Both the position numbers and the translations under genes were made by a program. The notes under the pieces were generated by a model. That model was given only the letters and a program-made list of their open reading frames with translations. It ran no database searches and was not told where the DNA came from. A DNA stretch of 64,000 bases from Promethearchaeia archaeon. GTDB taxonomy: Archaea; Asgardarchaeota; Lokiarchaeia; Sigyniarchaeales; SOKP01. Positions 49,152 to 59,764 of the stretch are shown piece after piece. Each line of letters begins with the position of its first letter. Positions within the stretch are counted from its first letter, which is position 1. The DNA is taken from the NCBI GenBank assembly GCA_046483985.1, contig JAWOCD010000057.1, positions 32,001 through 96,000 of the forward strand, in the 5' to 3' direction.

Positions 49152-51197
49152 TTGATGATCATGAAAAAGCTGATTAATTCTCATCAAAAAGAAATAGAAA
49201 GCCTCATGAAAGAAATATTAATAGGTGAGATGACTAAAAAAGAATTTTTTGTTAGGTTGAGAGAAACGGATACCACCTTCCAGAAGTTGACAGATTCAAA
49301 TGATGAGAAAATTAAAAGACTTTTTTTTGATTTAACTACTTTTTCAGGAAAGCGCTTTAACTTTAAAGAGTTCTGTAAGATTATAGAAAAATTAGCGGAG
49401 TGGAATAAAAGCTATCGGCAAAATTACCGTGCTGTTCGAATGTTTAAAAATATGATCCTTACCAAGCCCAAAGGGGCGGGAAAAAATTATCCGATTCTTA
49501 CCGTCGAGGATTTGATTAAGAAACTAAATATTTTCAATGGACTTAAATATTTTGATGAGGTAACGCCATATAAAATTGTAAAAGTGGCCTCACATGATTT
49601 TTCTAAGTATAAATTAAGCGAACGAAAATATGAAAAGATAATTCATCTCATTCTGAAAAAGAAATTTTTACAGAACCATGGAAAACTGCTAAACAAGATT
49701 GGTAACGCTTATGTAGAGAGAAAATCGTACGAAAAAGGAATTAACTTCTTTAAAAAGGCATTAATCATTAATGAGCAAAAAGAAAGTATTGAGGGGATTG
49801 TTTTTACAATGGTCAATATCGGCGATGCGCATATGGAGCAGGAGAATTATCAAAGAGCATTAAAAACCTATGAAAAAGCACTTGAAATCGGAAACTTAGA
49901 GGAGAATAATCCAGGAGCTGCATTAGCAAATGAACGGTTAGGGAAATTACATTATCTTCAAAAAAATTATGAGGAAGGCATTAAGTATTATAAAAAATCC
50001 CTCTCCTTAGATAAACACACCGAAAATTGGAAAAAATTAGCATCCACTACACATAAAATTGGAAATATTTTTGATAAAATAAAAAAATATAAGAAGGCCG
50101 TCAATGCATACAAACAATCTATTGAATACAATAAAAAAACTGATGATTTCAAAAAAATTTCCATTACATCCAGCAAAATAGGAAAAATTTATCTCAAACA
50201 AAGGAAACATAAAAAAGCTATAAAATATTTTAAGCAATCTTTGGAGTTTATTTTAGACCAGGAGAATTGGACGCAAGCCGCTATTTCATCCAATAAACTA
50301 GCAAAAGTTTATCTAAAGGTTAATGATAAGAAAAAATCTATCAAGTATCTCAATGATTCCATAAAATATAATGAGAAAACTGAGAATTGGAAAGAAATGG
50401 CAATTGCAACCATTAAGATCGCCAATCTTTATATAGAAGAGCAAGATTTTGAGAATGCAATCAAATATTTCAAACAAACTGTTGAGTTCGATATAAAAAA
50501 TAAGAATTACGATGAAATCGCTCTCACATCAACCAGAATAGGGAATTTATTGCTAAAGTTGAATAAAAAAGAAATGGCAATTGAGTACTTCAAAAAATCC
50601 GTAAAATTTAATGAAATGTATAATAATTGGAAGGAAATCGCCTATACATACAAGCGTATCGGTGATATTTACTATATGCTAAGAGATCTGGAGAATGATA
50701 TCAAATATTATAAAAAATCCAAAAAGATATATCTAAAAATCAAAAAATGGAAAAGCGCTGCTCGCATCAGTTCTAAATTAGGGAGATTCTATTTAAAGAT
50801 GGATAAAGTCAAACTTGCACTCAAGTCTGCCATCGAAACTCTTCATTATAACCTAAAATATGGAGATTGGAAACCTCAGCATGAAGAAATAGTGGGAAAG
50901 GGAGAAAAATTATTTGAACAAGGAAAACTTCCAGAAGCATTACAAGAATATGAAAAAATTGATTTAAAGGAGTACCAGGATATCCCCTATCGACAAGGAA
51001 AATACTTTCTCCGTGCCTACGAAGTAATTGGAGATGTCCTTGCAAGCCAATACCGGTACCAGATTGCTCGCGTTTATTTGAATAAAGCAATGGATTGCTG
51101 TGAATTAATTGAAAACGAGAAGTTCTGGGGTATTTTAACCAATAAATTGAAGGTGCTGAATCTGAAAGACCGAAGTTATCAACTCAAAACTGAATAA
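49152..51197 (+). CDS. Tetratricopeptide-repeat protein
   Basis: About ten ~40-aa repeats (KIGNIY...AIKYFKQSL..N). Confidence 0.9.
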   Translation: MMIMKKLINSHQKEIESLMKEILIGEMTKKEFFVRLRETDTTFQKLTDSNDEKIKRLFFDLTTFSGKRFNFKEFCKIIEKLAEWNKSYRQNYRAVRMFKNMILTKPKGAGKNYPILTVEDLIKKLNIFNGLKYFDEVTPYKIVKVASHDFSKYKLSERKYEKIIHLILKKKFLQNHGKLLNKIGNAYVERKSYEKGINFFKKALIINEQKESIEGIVFTMVNIGDAHMEQENYQRALKTYEKALEIGNLEENNPGAALANERLGKLHYLQKNYEEGIKYYKKSLSLDKHTENWKKLASTTHKIGNIFDKIKKYKKAVNAYKQSIEYNKKTDDFKKISITSSKIGKIYLKQRKHKKAIKYFKQSLEFILDQENWTQAAISSNKLAKVYLKVNDKKKSIKYLNDSIKYNEKTENWKEMAIATIKIANLYIEEQDFENAIKYFKQTVEFDIKNKNYDEIALTSTRIGNLLLKLNKKEMAIEYFKKSVKFNEMYNNWKEIAYTYKRIGDIYYMLRDLENDIKYYKKSKKIYLKIKKWKSAARISSKLGRFYLKMDKVKLALKSAIETLHYNLKYGDWKPQHEEIVGKGEKLFEQGKLPEALQEYEKIDLKEYQDIPYRQGKYFLRAYEVIGDVLASQYRYQIARVYLNKAMDCCELIENEKFWGILTNKLKVLNLKDRSYQLKTE

Positions 51198-51240
51198 TAC
51201 CAAAAACCAAATATAAAAATGTTTGTATGTATAATATACG

Positions 51241-51286
51241 AAATTCATCCCCACCCTAAAGGGATGGGGACTTCTTTCGCAGATCG
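51241..51286 (-). mobile_element. Isolated IS605-family left-end relic
   Basis: AAATTCATCCCCACCCTAAAGGGATGGGGACTTCTT, homologous to 32567-32602. Confidence 0.65.
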
Positions 51287-51405
51287 TTAACAAAACTTAG
51301 GGAGTAATATTTCTATAATATAACCATATATAGACAAAAATTTTCTACTTTTATATAACCTAATAAAATAGAATTAAAAAAATACATTAGAGATGAAATA
51401 TATCA

Positions 51406-51564
51406 ATGAAATTAGTCACCGTACATTTACCCGAACAATATATAAGCGGGATTGAGGAATTAGTTGGTCAAAACTTTTATCCAAATCGATCCGAAGCGAT
51501 ACGTGTCGCTATCCGTGATCTCCTCAAAAGTGAGCTTAGTTCTCTCTTACGTAGAGATGAATAA
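51406..51564 (+). CDS. Ribbon-helix-helix regulator, CdrS-like (not in ORF track)
   Basis: MKLVTVHLPEQYISGIEELVGQNFYPNRSEAIRVAIRDLLKSELSSLLRRDE. Confidence 0.88.
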   Translation: MKLVTVHLPEQYISGIEELVGQNFYPNRSEAIRVAIRDLLKSELSSLLRRDE

Positions 51565-51792
51565 TTAAACTATTTTTTCTTATCTCCTTTTTTACTTTAT
51601 TTTTATAAAATCTTCTTAAAGATAATTCTTATTTTAATCTTTTTTTGGTTCACTAGAACCTTTTTTTCGTTAGATATGCACGAGTCGAAGGATTGGATCT
51701 TTAGAATATTATCTGGATATTACTTAGGTATATTATCCTTAGATGTGTGAAGTAATATATACTATTAAAAATAAAAAAATGAGATGATATGA

Positions 51793-51948
51793 TTGAAACT
51801 TATAACTTTACACGTTCCTGAGCAATATATTTCCGGAATAGAGACTTTGGTAAATGAAAAAATGTATCCCAATCGATCTGAAGCCATCCGTGTTGCAATC
51901 AGGGATTTATTAAAAAATGAGCTTACATTCTTGAGGAGTTCGGAATAA
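51793..51948 (+). CDS. Ribbon-helix-helix regulator, CdrS-like paralogue (not in ORF track)
   Basis: TTG start; MKLITLHVPEQYISGIETLVNEKMYPNRSEAIRVAIRDLLKNELTFLRSSE. Confidence 0.88.
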   Translation: MKLITLHVPEQYISGIETLVNEKMYPNRSEAIRVAIRDLLKNELTFLRSSE

Positions 51949-52084
51949 TCCAGAATACATTAAATTTTATCAGAGAAACAACGTTATTCTTACCTTACCG
52001 GAATTTGGATAAAGAGATTTTAGGAGAGAGCAATTAATTTTTTTTCCAATCCTTCTTTTTATATTTATGATGTCATTCTCCCAT

Positions 52085-52927
52085 ATGGATTTCAAGTATA
52101 TCGATGCGCATACCCACTTTTTCCCTCCCAAAATCTTCAAAGCAATCTGGAAATTCTTTGAAATGAAAGATCACCAAGGGAATATAAGAGGATGGCCCAT
52201 AGAGTATAAACTGGGAATAAAGGACTTGGTTCAATTTTTGAAAGAAGAAAATGTGGAAGCTTATACCACCTATAATTATGCGCATAAAAAGGGAGTGGCC
52301 AAGTTCATAAATAAATGGACGGTCAATTTCGTTAAAGAACATCCAAATAGTATCCCGTTCGGGTGCGTGTGGCCAGACGATGAGGATAAGCAGGATTATG
52401 TGGAGAACTTACTCACCAAGCATAAGTTCAAAGGAATAAAAATCCAGCCCCTTGTCCAAAATTTTTATCCGTATGACCCGCGAATGGATGATGTCTATCA
52501 ATTAATTCTTGAGCATGAGAAATGGCTTACTATTCATGCGGGAACAGCCCCATATAGAAACAAATATGTAGGATTCGAATCCTTTGAAAAATTCATCGAG
52601 AAATATCCCAATATGCAAGTCATCGTCGCCCATATGGGTGCATTTGAATATAAAAAATTCCTTCGGCTCTTAGATCATTACGACAATCTCTATTTGGACA
52701 GCGCCATGGTCTTTATTCCCAATAATATCTTCCCCGAGCGGAAAGTCAAAAGACCAGACCCCAACCTATTACTCTCCTATCAGGACCGTATTCTTTTTGG
52801 AAGCGATTTCCCCAATATTCCTTATAAGTTTGAACAATCCAGCAAAGGATTTTTAGAGATGGAACTTCCACGAGACTTTTATGAAGATATTTTCTATAAT
52901 AATGCCAAGAGGCTGTTCGATCTGTAA
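52085..52927 (+). CDS. Amidohydrolase family protein (Amidohydro_2)
   Basis: IDAHTH, IHAG, VAHMG, FGSDFP. Confidence 0.9.
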   Translation: MDFKYIDAHTHFFPPKIFKAIWKFFEMKDHQGNIRGWPIEYKLGIKDLVQFLKEENVEAYTTYNYAHKKGVAKFINKWTVNFVKEHPNSIPFGCVWPDDEDKQDYVENLLTKHKFKGIKIQPLVQNFYPYDPRMDDVYQLILEHEKWLTIHAGTAPYRNKYVGFESFEKFIEKYPNMQVIVAHMGAFEYKKFLRLLDHYDNLYLDSAMVFIPNNIFPERKVKRPDPNLLLSYQDRILFGSDFPNIPYKFEQSSKGFLEMELPRDFYEDIFYNNAKRLFDL

Positions 52928-52971
52928 ATTCTAGTGGCAAAAAATAATAAGATAATAAGAGAGCAAAATTT

Positions 52972-53745
52972 TTACAAGAGAGAGAGGCTTAATGCCATAA
53001 TAAACATGCCAAATACTATCCCTATCATGGATGCTGATTCATTTCCAAAGCAATGGGAAACCGGTAATAACTCATCGATCGAGACGTAAACCATAATCCC
53101 TCCCACCATAGCAAGTAAGGCACTCAGAAACAATTCATTAATCATAGGAAGGAAAAACAGCCCGAAAATTAAGGCCCCTAACGGCTCTGACATTCCCGAG
53201 AAAAATGACATATAGAATGCTTTCTTTTTTTGGGGTTGATCACCTACACAACTAGGAACTGCTACTGCAATTCCCTCTGGAATGTTGTGCAAGGCAATAG
53301 CAATAGCTAAGACAATACCAATTTCCACATTATTGATAGTTCCGACCAACGTTGCAATGCCTTCAGGGAAGTTATGGATAAAAATACCCAAAAAGATGAA
53401 AACAGAGGTTTTTTCCATCCGTTTAGAAAAATTGGAATCACATTCCTCTTTGAAAAAGTTTTCGTCAACATGATATTTATGCGATAATCCTATATCTATT
53501 ACAAACATAATGCCCATACCGAGCAAAAAAAATAATGCGCCAATCAAAATCCCGTATACATCTATTGCTTCTTGAAGAAGCTCCGCAAAGGAAATAAAAA
53601 TCATGACTCCCGCCGAAAATCCCATAATAAATGATAAAAAGCGAACACTCGGTTTTTTTATAAATAAAGAGATGAGACCCCCTATTGCCGTGGACAGTCC
53701 CGCCAAGAATGACAATAACAAGGCGATAAGAAAAACGTCAAACAT
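52972..53745 (-). CDS. zupT: ZIP family zinc transporter
   Basis: GFSAGVM, HNFPEG, HNIPEG, SGMSEP, DELLP. Confidence 0.93.
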   Translation of the reverse strand: MFDVFLIALLLSFLAGLSTAIGGLISLFIKKPSVRFLSFIMGFSAGVMIFISFAELLQEAIDVYGILIGALFFLLGMGIMFVIDIGLSHKYHVDENFFKEECDSNFSKRMEKTSVFIFLGIFIHNFPEGIATLVGTINNVEIGIVLAIAIALHNIPEGIAVAVPSCVGDQPQKKKAFYMSFFSGMSEPLGALIFGLFFLPMINELFLSALLAMVGGIMVYVSIDELLPVSHCFGNESASMIGIVFGMFIMALSLSLL

Positions 53746-54275
53746 CTTAATTTTATATCTTTTCCGAGGTAATTAAAGTTAATTATTTTAAAGTTGATAA
53801 GTGAACAATCCCATTAAAAGTTTCATCTTCTATTTCTTCACTTGAAAGACTAAGATTTTTAAAAATATCAATACAAGCTTCTTTTCTCTTTGATATGGTT
53901 CATATTCTCATAATATAGTACTTAATAGATCAGTAATTTATTATAGATCTTTTTTAATAGGATTCGTACCCAGTAATATGGTATCAGATGGGGCGCCCGT
54001 CTTTAATAGAATCTATTTGGAAAAGAAACACATTCAATAACGATATTATCAGGATAAAATTGCCAAAGTATGTGAAGATTAAAGTTTTTTTGTTGTATTG
54101 CCTCCATAGCGGGAAAAACAATAATCGCTTTTCTTGCCATGTCTTATACGCTAAAAAAAATATAATCGGAAGCAATACCAACACTCATAATGTAGTTAAT
54201 AAATGTTTTATTCGATTAAAGAAGAAATTTAATAAGAATTTAATTATTTAAAATTCTTAATTGTGGTAAGCATAG

Positions 54276-55283
54276 ATGAGAGAAGTTACAGACAAGGATA
54301 AACTATTCTTTTTTTCAAATCATTGGGACACTCTTGATGGACTCTGGATCATAGAGACAGAAAATAGAATGGGATTTGATCGGGCGCTCCAGGTTGATCT
54401 CGCCGTCTGGGGTCGGCTGCTGAGAAAGATTATTAAGCGTGTAAAAAAACATCTAAATCTAAAGCAAAACAGTATTAAAAACCTAATACGGGTCCTCAGC
54501 TTTCGTTGGGCTGTGGAAGGATGGGATTTTGACCTACTAGACAACGGAACGATTAAAATCAATAAATGTCCCTATAATGAAAGCATGAAGCGCAATCCGG
54601 ACCGGCATGATAAAATCATCCCAATCTGCAAGGAGATGTGCATTCCATTCTATAAAGAAGTCGTTAACCACTACAATTCCAAGATTACGCTTAAACGGAA
54701 GTTTTTTCAAGGGTTAGATGATTCAACATACTGTGATTTTCAATTTTATCAAGATGGTGTAAAATATAAGCCTACAGAAAAGACAATTATGGATGAACTC
54801 GATGACGATGACAAATTATATTATTTTGAGAAAAACTTTTTTACTATGGACGACCTCTGGATTAGAGAGGTCGAAAATGAAACAGATTGGGCCACCGCAT
54901 TGGAAATTGATATTAAAGTATGGCAAAGATTATATAAAACCGCCTTCCGTCGAGTGGCACGTTATTTAGATCTTGAATCTAACACTCTTTATGATTTAAT
55001 CGAAATCCTTTCATTTTTGTGGGGTTGTGAGGGATATAAGTATAAAATCATCAAGAATACTGAAAAAGAAGCAATCATTCACATCACAGAATGTCCCTAT
55101 GAGGTTTCTATGCGCAGAAATCCGAATAGACATAACAAGCTCGAAGATATTTGCAAGAAGAGTTGCGTTCCTTTCTATGAACCTGCTCTTAAAAAATTTA
55201 ACCCAAAGATTACTTTGACAAAAACGAAATTCATCGAAACGGGTGATTCCGTCTGCAATTTTCATTTTCAAGTGGAGGAGTAG
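54276..55283 (+). CDS. Tandem-duplicated V4R-like (DUF6125-like) domain protein
   Basis: Two homologous halves, each with DxLW, CPY..RNP.RH.K..IC...C.PFY and CxFxF. Confidence 0.75.
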   Translation: MREVTDKDKLFFFSNHWDTLDGLWIIETENRMGFDRALQVDLAVWGRLLRKIIKRVKKHLNLKQNSIKNLIRVLSFRWAVEGWDFDLLDNGTIKINKCPYNESMKRNPDRHDKIIPICKEMCIPFYKEVVNHYNSKITLKRKFFQGLDDSTYCDFQFYQDGVKYKPTEKTIMDELDDDDKLYYFEKNFFTMDDLWIREVENETDWATALEIDIKVWQRLYKTAFRRVARYLDLESNTLYDLIEILSFLWGCEGYKYKIIKNTEKEAIIHITECPYEVSMRRNPNRHNKLEDICKKSCVPFYEPALKKFNPKITLTKTKFIETGDSVCNFHFQVEE

Positions 55284-55290
55284 TGAATCA

Positions 55291-55749
55291 ATGGACTCTT
55301 TAGACTCTGATAAGTGGGATGTTCTCGATTATCTGAAATTACTTCCAGGGATCATTTTTGCTGGTCTTATTTTCTACTTATCCTCCTTGGAAAATCCAGT
55401 TCCCTCACAGGCTGCGGAAACAATAGACTTTTTCGATGTAAATACCGTTCTCCATATTGCGGAATATGCTGTGTTTAGTTTCTTGTTGGCATTTGGATTA
55501 TCTTCAAAGTTAGAGTATTATAAAATTACGATCATTGGGATTTTATACGCTTTTTCCGATGAGGTTCACCAGTATTTTGTTCCCACTCGCTTTTTTGATA
55601 TTTTTGACATTCTTGCCGACGGAATAGGCGTGGTTATTGGAATTCTCGGATATTTAATTTTCTTAATGCTGCTGAAAGGATTAAAGCAGATGAATAAAAA
55701 TATCGAAAATAAAAAGAAAAAAAAAGAACAAAGATCGGATTCGGCTTGA
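55291..55749 (+). CDS. VanZ-like membrane protein
   Basis: HIAEY, YAFSDEVHQYFVPTR, DILAD. Confidence 0.9.
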   Translation: MDSLDSDKWDVLDYLKLLPGIIFAGLIFYLSSLENPVPSQAAETIDFFDVNTVLHIAEYAVFSFLLAFGLSSKLEYYKITIIGILYAFSDEVHQYFVPTRFFDIFDILADGIGVVIGILGYLIFLMLLKGLKQMNKNIENKKKKKEQRSDSA

Positions 55750-55771
55750 ACTACTCACGCCTAAAGGGGTT
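55746..55771 (-). mobile_element. IS605-family right-end relic
   Basis: Minus strand AACCCCTTTAGGCGTGAGTAGTTCAA, same terminus as 39808. Confidence 0.55.
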
Positions 55772-56613
55772 ATCCATCTAAAAGAGTAAGAAATTTCTCA
55801 ATATTTTCTTTATGGCTTTCTTTTTTCTCTTTGGGAACATCAGAGAGATCACTCACACTTTTTATTAAATTTTTCCGAAGTAATTTTTGCAATGTGGTTT
55901 TAATCAGATTAGTCCTTAGGTCAATTCGGTTTTGAGTCACCATGCCTTTAATCACAGCATATTCATTTTTGGAAATAAAGCCTAACTTGTTTAACAACTG
56001 ATAATAGTTAAGGTCTGCATCTTGGTTATCGAAATTCTTTCGGTTTAAGATTCTTCTCGGTTTGACCACTTCATACTCCTCTAAATTGGTTAAATTTTGC
56101 ATTTCATACGACTCCAATTTCTGTATAATTAATCATATTTTTGAATAGTATTTCTTCTTTTTTAGATGAGTATAATATTTGGATGAATACAGGAGAACAA
56201 AATGGAATGAAGTGATTATTAAGAACCTCGGAAAATGTCCAAGAATTTTTTAATTTCGTTACCAGCAGATTTTTCTAAAGAAGAAGAGGCATTTTTCCTA
56301 ACAATAAGTAGCCCAATCGTTTTACTCCCTTAAGTTAAAAAGATAATGAACGAACAATCTAAGTTTATTATTCTTCGGAAAAGGAAAAAAAGTCGTTATG
56401 AACCTTTTTGAGATGTTAATGCTGAGAGGATTAATGCTCTTATCATCTCCGCCTCGCTCTTGTTTAAGAATTAATTTTGCATTTGCAATCTTAAACCTAT
56501 GTTCTACTGTAAGAGAGATTTTAATATGTTGCTCATTAACTCTTGGTTTTTATTGAACGAATTGCATTAACTATTGCGAACTAAAATCTATCCGTTTGTT
56601 TAAACTCGTTCAT
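55770..56613 (-). pseudogene. Probable degraded gene; 3' part intact as ORF 55770..56117
   Basis: Coding-like minus-strand sequence with several stops upstream of a 115-aa ORF. Confidence 0.35.
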
Positions 56614-56664
56614 AGCAATTTTTATTTTTTCAAAAATAAAACGAATTTCGTATTTAGATTTATT

Positions 56665-57825
56665 CTATTCTAAGTCTAGAGGATATTTCCCATACTTTTT
56701 TCCGGCATCGATCATCCATTCAAGATTTTGGACGGAGATTTCGGGGTGAAAATTGGCCGGTGAGAGCATCCCACCTCCATCAGGACCGAGGGCTTTCACC
56801 GCCGCTTTAACAGCATCTTCCACTTCTTGCTTTTCAGCATCAAATAAAATATGGCGAGTATCAATATTACCAGAGAGACATAATTTATCTCCGATCTTTT
56901 TCTTCACATCATAAGGATCCACGATGGGGGGTTCTAAGCATTGTAAACCATCAAATCCTGATTCTACAATAAAATCCAAAAGATCTGAGATATCTCCATC
57001 TGTATGTAGGATATATTTGCCGCCCCAGTCGTGAATTGCCTCGGCAACTTCCTGATAGCGAGGTAGCAAATATTTTTCGAAATATTTGGGATTGATCATT
57101 GGGCCTCCTTGATGTGCGATATCTCCTCCCTCTAAAAAGATTTTTGCCCCGCAGTCCGCGTATGCCTCAAAGGTTTTCAACACATAATCGGTTGTAAAAC
57201 GGAAGCGCTCTTCAATTAATTCTGGATCATTTTTCAGGGCACGGGCAAAATTTGCCATACCCATTCCTTGCCATACTGGAGGAAAGATTGATGTAAGTGC
57301 ATTTTGCGCAACTATACAAATATCATCCTTAATATCTCTGCATTTTCTTTGGACTCCTTTATAAAACTTTTTGGCCTTCTTATATTCTTCATCTAAGTCT
57401 GGCTTTGGAAAATTTTCCCAATCTTCACGATCTTTAATAGATCCTCCATAATAGTCGGGATAGGGATTTCCATCGATATTTTTTAGTTTATATCTTTTTC
57501 CGAAAATATCCGTCATCTCCTCCTTATTTTCTAAAACAAAAGGAATATATTGGACACCCACCCCATCAAATCCTAATTTGTGAGCCGCCCGAACACATTT
57601 TGCGAAAACTGAGATTTCAATTTCATTAAAAATTCCATTAATCTTGTCAATCCATCTATCTGGATAATTTTCAGACATCTGGTCGAAAATATCGAACACA
57701 TCTCGCTCAGGGGTGCCTAAGATTTTATCTGCTACATTTCCATCAATATTGATTGTATGAATCGGCATTCTATCTGGTTTTTCCAGAGAAATGGCCGTCC
57801 ACATTCGTTCAAAACTTTTATTCAT
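56665..57825 (-). CDS. Uroporphyrinogen decarboxylase-like / MtbA-type methyltransferase family
   Basis: EKPDRMP, GGDIA, LHTDG, LSGNID. Confidence 0.88.
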   Translation of the reverse strand: MNKSFERMWTAISLEKPDRMPIHTINIDGNVADKILGTPERDVFDIFDQMSENYPDRWIDKINGIFNEIEISVFAKCVRAAHKLGFDGVGVQYIPFVLENKEEMTDIFGKRYKLKNIDGNPYPDYYGGSIKDREDWENFPKPDLDEEYKKAKKFYKGVQRKCRDIKDDICIVAQNALTSIFPPVWQGMGMANFARALKNDPELIEERFRFTTDYVLKTFEAYADCGAKIFLEGGDIAHQGGPMINPKYFEKYLLPRYQEVAEAIHDWGGKYILHTDGDISDLLDFIVESGFDGLQCLEPPIVDPYDVKKKIGDKLCLSGNIDTRHILFDAEKQEVEDAVKAAVKALGPDGGGMLSPANFHPEISVQNLEWMIDAGKKYGKYPLDLE

Positions 57826-57913
57826 CTTATATTATTCTAGTCATTCCAAGAAAATAACTATTTCCTAGAATATCTAAATTTTTATATCCTAATTTATTAT
57901 TAAATAGTGAAAA

Positions 57914-58414
57914 ATGACTCGCAAGGAAGAACAAAGGGATAAAGAAGATTATCATGGTGTTGCACCTATTTCTCATATCGTAAAAAGAATGAAAAAGGAA
58001 TACGATAAGGACCCTAAAAATTGGAGAGTAGTAGGGTTCAAGGACGAGAAGGGGAATGATGACACCTTTATCACTAAAAAACCAAATACATACTGGTTAA
58101 AGTCAAAGCAATTATCTCCCTTTTCTTCATTATCTATGGGTTCTGTAGTGAGAAATATTGACAGAGATATTGATGAAGAGATTGGCAATAAAATGAGCAA
58201 AAAAGATATGATCCGCTTATTTGGGATGGCGGTACCCGTAAAAAAGGATAAAAATATTATTGCATCAGGAATTGAAAAATATTCCGAAACCCATGGCGGA
58301 CATATCAGAAAAATAATTAATGAACGGAAGCCTAATGTCGGTCCTCAATTAACAAAACGGATTGAGGAAAAGTTCACAAGAAAACATCCTCAACGAAAAA
58401 ATCTGTACTTATAA
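57914..58414 (+). CDS. Hypothetical basic protein
   Basis: 166-aa ORF with ATG and promoter-like upstream sequence. Confidence 0.65.
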   Translation: MTRKEEQRDKEDYHGVAPISHIVKRMKKEYDKDPKNWRVVGFKDEKGNDDTFITKKPNTYWLKSKQLSPFSSLSMGSVVRNIDRDIDEEIGNKMSKKDMIRLFGMAVPVKKDKNIIASGIEKYSETHGGHIRKIINERKPNVGPQLTKRIEEKFTRKHPQRKNLYL

Positions 58415-58441
58415 AAAGAGTAAGAAAAGAGAAATAAAATT

Positions 58442-58858
58442 TTATACTTTTTCTTTTAGAACATCTAATCCATCCTTGCTTTTCACTATTTGGAGATGTT
58501 CTGAATACTTTTCACTATTTTGGATTAATTCTTCGACTACCGCTTTCATTTTCGCAGGACCGGGTTTTCCTTCGATTTTGGAGTCAAATTGTTTAAAATC
58601 TATAACTTTAAAGTCTTTGACGTAATAAGGGAGCCCCTTAGTGAGTTCTTCAAATAAAAGTTGATATGCAAAGGATGCGCTTTTTTCTCCTCGTTTTAGT
58701 GGATCATCCTCGGCCGGTGTATAGACCACTTCAGTCCATCGGTTACCATCGTCATCAGCAGGTACTAATCCATAAATATAATCTTCAGTATAAATCCATA
58801 TCGGCTGTATAGCCTTGTCAAAAGATGTTTCAACAATTTTTAAAAATTCTTCGCTCAT
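58442..58858 (-). CDS. Hypothetical protein
   Basis: 138-aa ORF, typical composition. Confidence 0.7.
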   Translation of the reverse strand: MSEEFLKIVETSFDKAIQPIWIYTEDYIYGLVPADDDGNRWTEVVYTPAEDDPLKRGEKSASFAYQLLFEELTKGLPYYVKDFKVIDFKQFDSKIEGKPGPAKMKAVVEELIQNSEKYSEHLQIVKSKDGLDVLKEKV

Positions 58859-58987
58859 TATAATATTTCATTCTTTTTTTATCTATATTAAATTAAAATT
58901 AATACATTAAGTAATAATGCAAAAAAATTTTAAAACTCTTTTGATAAATAGAATTTATATTTATAACCGAAAATTTGGATAATTAAA

Positions 58988-59764
58988 ATGAGACATTTAG
59001 ATTATAAGACACTTACAGAGAATATACAAGATTGGATTAGGGAATATACAGAAAAAGCTGGAAGTGAAGGAATTGTAGTGGGATTAAGCGGAGGGATAGA
59101 TAGTTCCGTAACTGCTGCACTTTCAGTCCGCGCAATTGGAAAAAATAATGTGCTAGGATTTAGTCTTCCATGCAATTCCATGCCTAAAGATTATGAGGAT
59201 GCAAAATTAATCGCTGAATTTTTGGATATTGATTTCCGTGTCGTTGATCTTTCCTCTATATATGATGAATGTAAAGATATCTTTCTTCCAAAACTCCAAG
59301 TGGAAAAGAATATTAAAATAGCTAAAGCAAACATTAAACCTCGGTTACGTATGGTAACTCTCTATTTTTTTGGTCAAGCAGAGGGAAATTATTTGATCGG
59401 CGGGACTGGAAACCGAACCGAGATTGCGATAGGTTATTTTACTAAATATGGAGATGGAGGTGTTGATATTGAACCACTTGGCACTTTGTATAAAAGCGAG
59501 GTATATGAAGTCGCACAAATATTAGATGTTCCCAAAAAGATTATAAATAGGGCTCCTTCTGCAGGTCTATGGAAAGAACAAACTGACGAGGGAGAGATTG
59601 GAATTACTTATGATGAGTTAGATGAAATTCTTTACAGAATAGATTCTAATTTATCATTAGATGAACTTAACCAAAAGAATGTAAAAAAAGTTAAAAAAAT
59701 GTTGAACTCTTCAGAACATAAAAAAAAAATGCCCCCCGTATATAAAATAAAACAAGGAGATTAA
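58988..59764 (+). CDS. nadE: NH3-dependent NAD+ synthetase
   Basis: GLSGGIDSS, NIKPRLRM, GYFTKYGDG, PSAGLW..QTDE. Confidence 0.96.
   Translation: MRHLDYKTLTENIQDWIREYTEKAGSEGIVVGLSGGIDSSVTAALSVRAIGKNNVLGFSLPCNSMPKDYEDAKLIAEFLDIDFRVVDLSSIYDECKDIFLPKLQVEKNIKIAKANIKPRLRMVTLYFFGQAEGNYLIGGTGNRTEIAIGYFTKYGDGGVDIEPLGTLYKSEVYEVAQILDVPKKIINRAPSAGLWKEQTDEGEIGITYDELDEILYRIDSNLSLDELNQKNVKKVKKMLNSSEHKKKMPPVYKIKQGD

Noticed and set aside
53760-54251. Overlapping short ORFs between zupT and the V4R-like gene
   Set aside because: No recognisable family; likely a degraded gene or intergenic DNA
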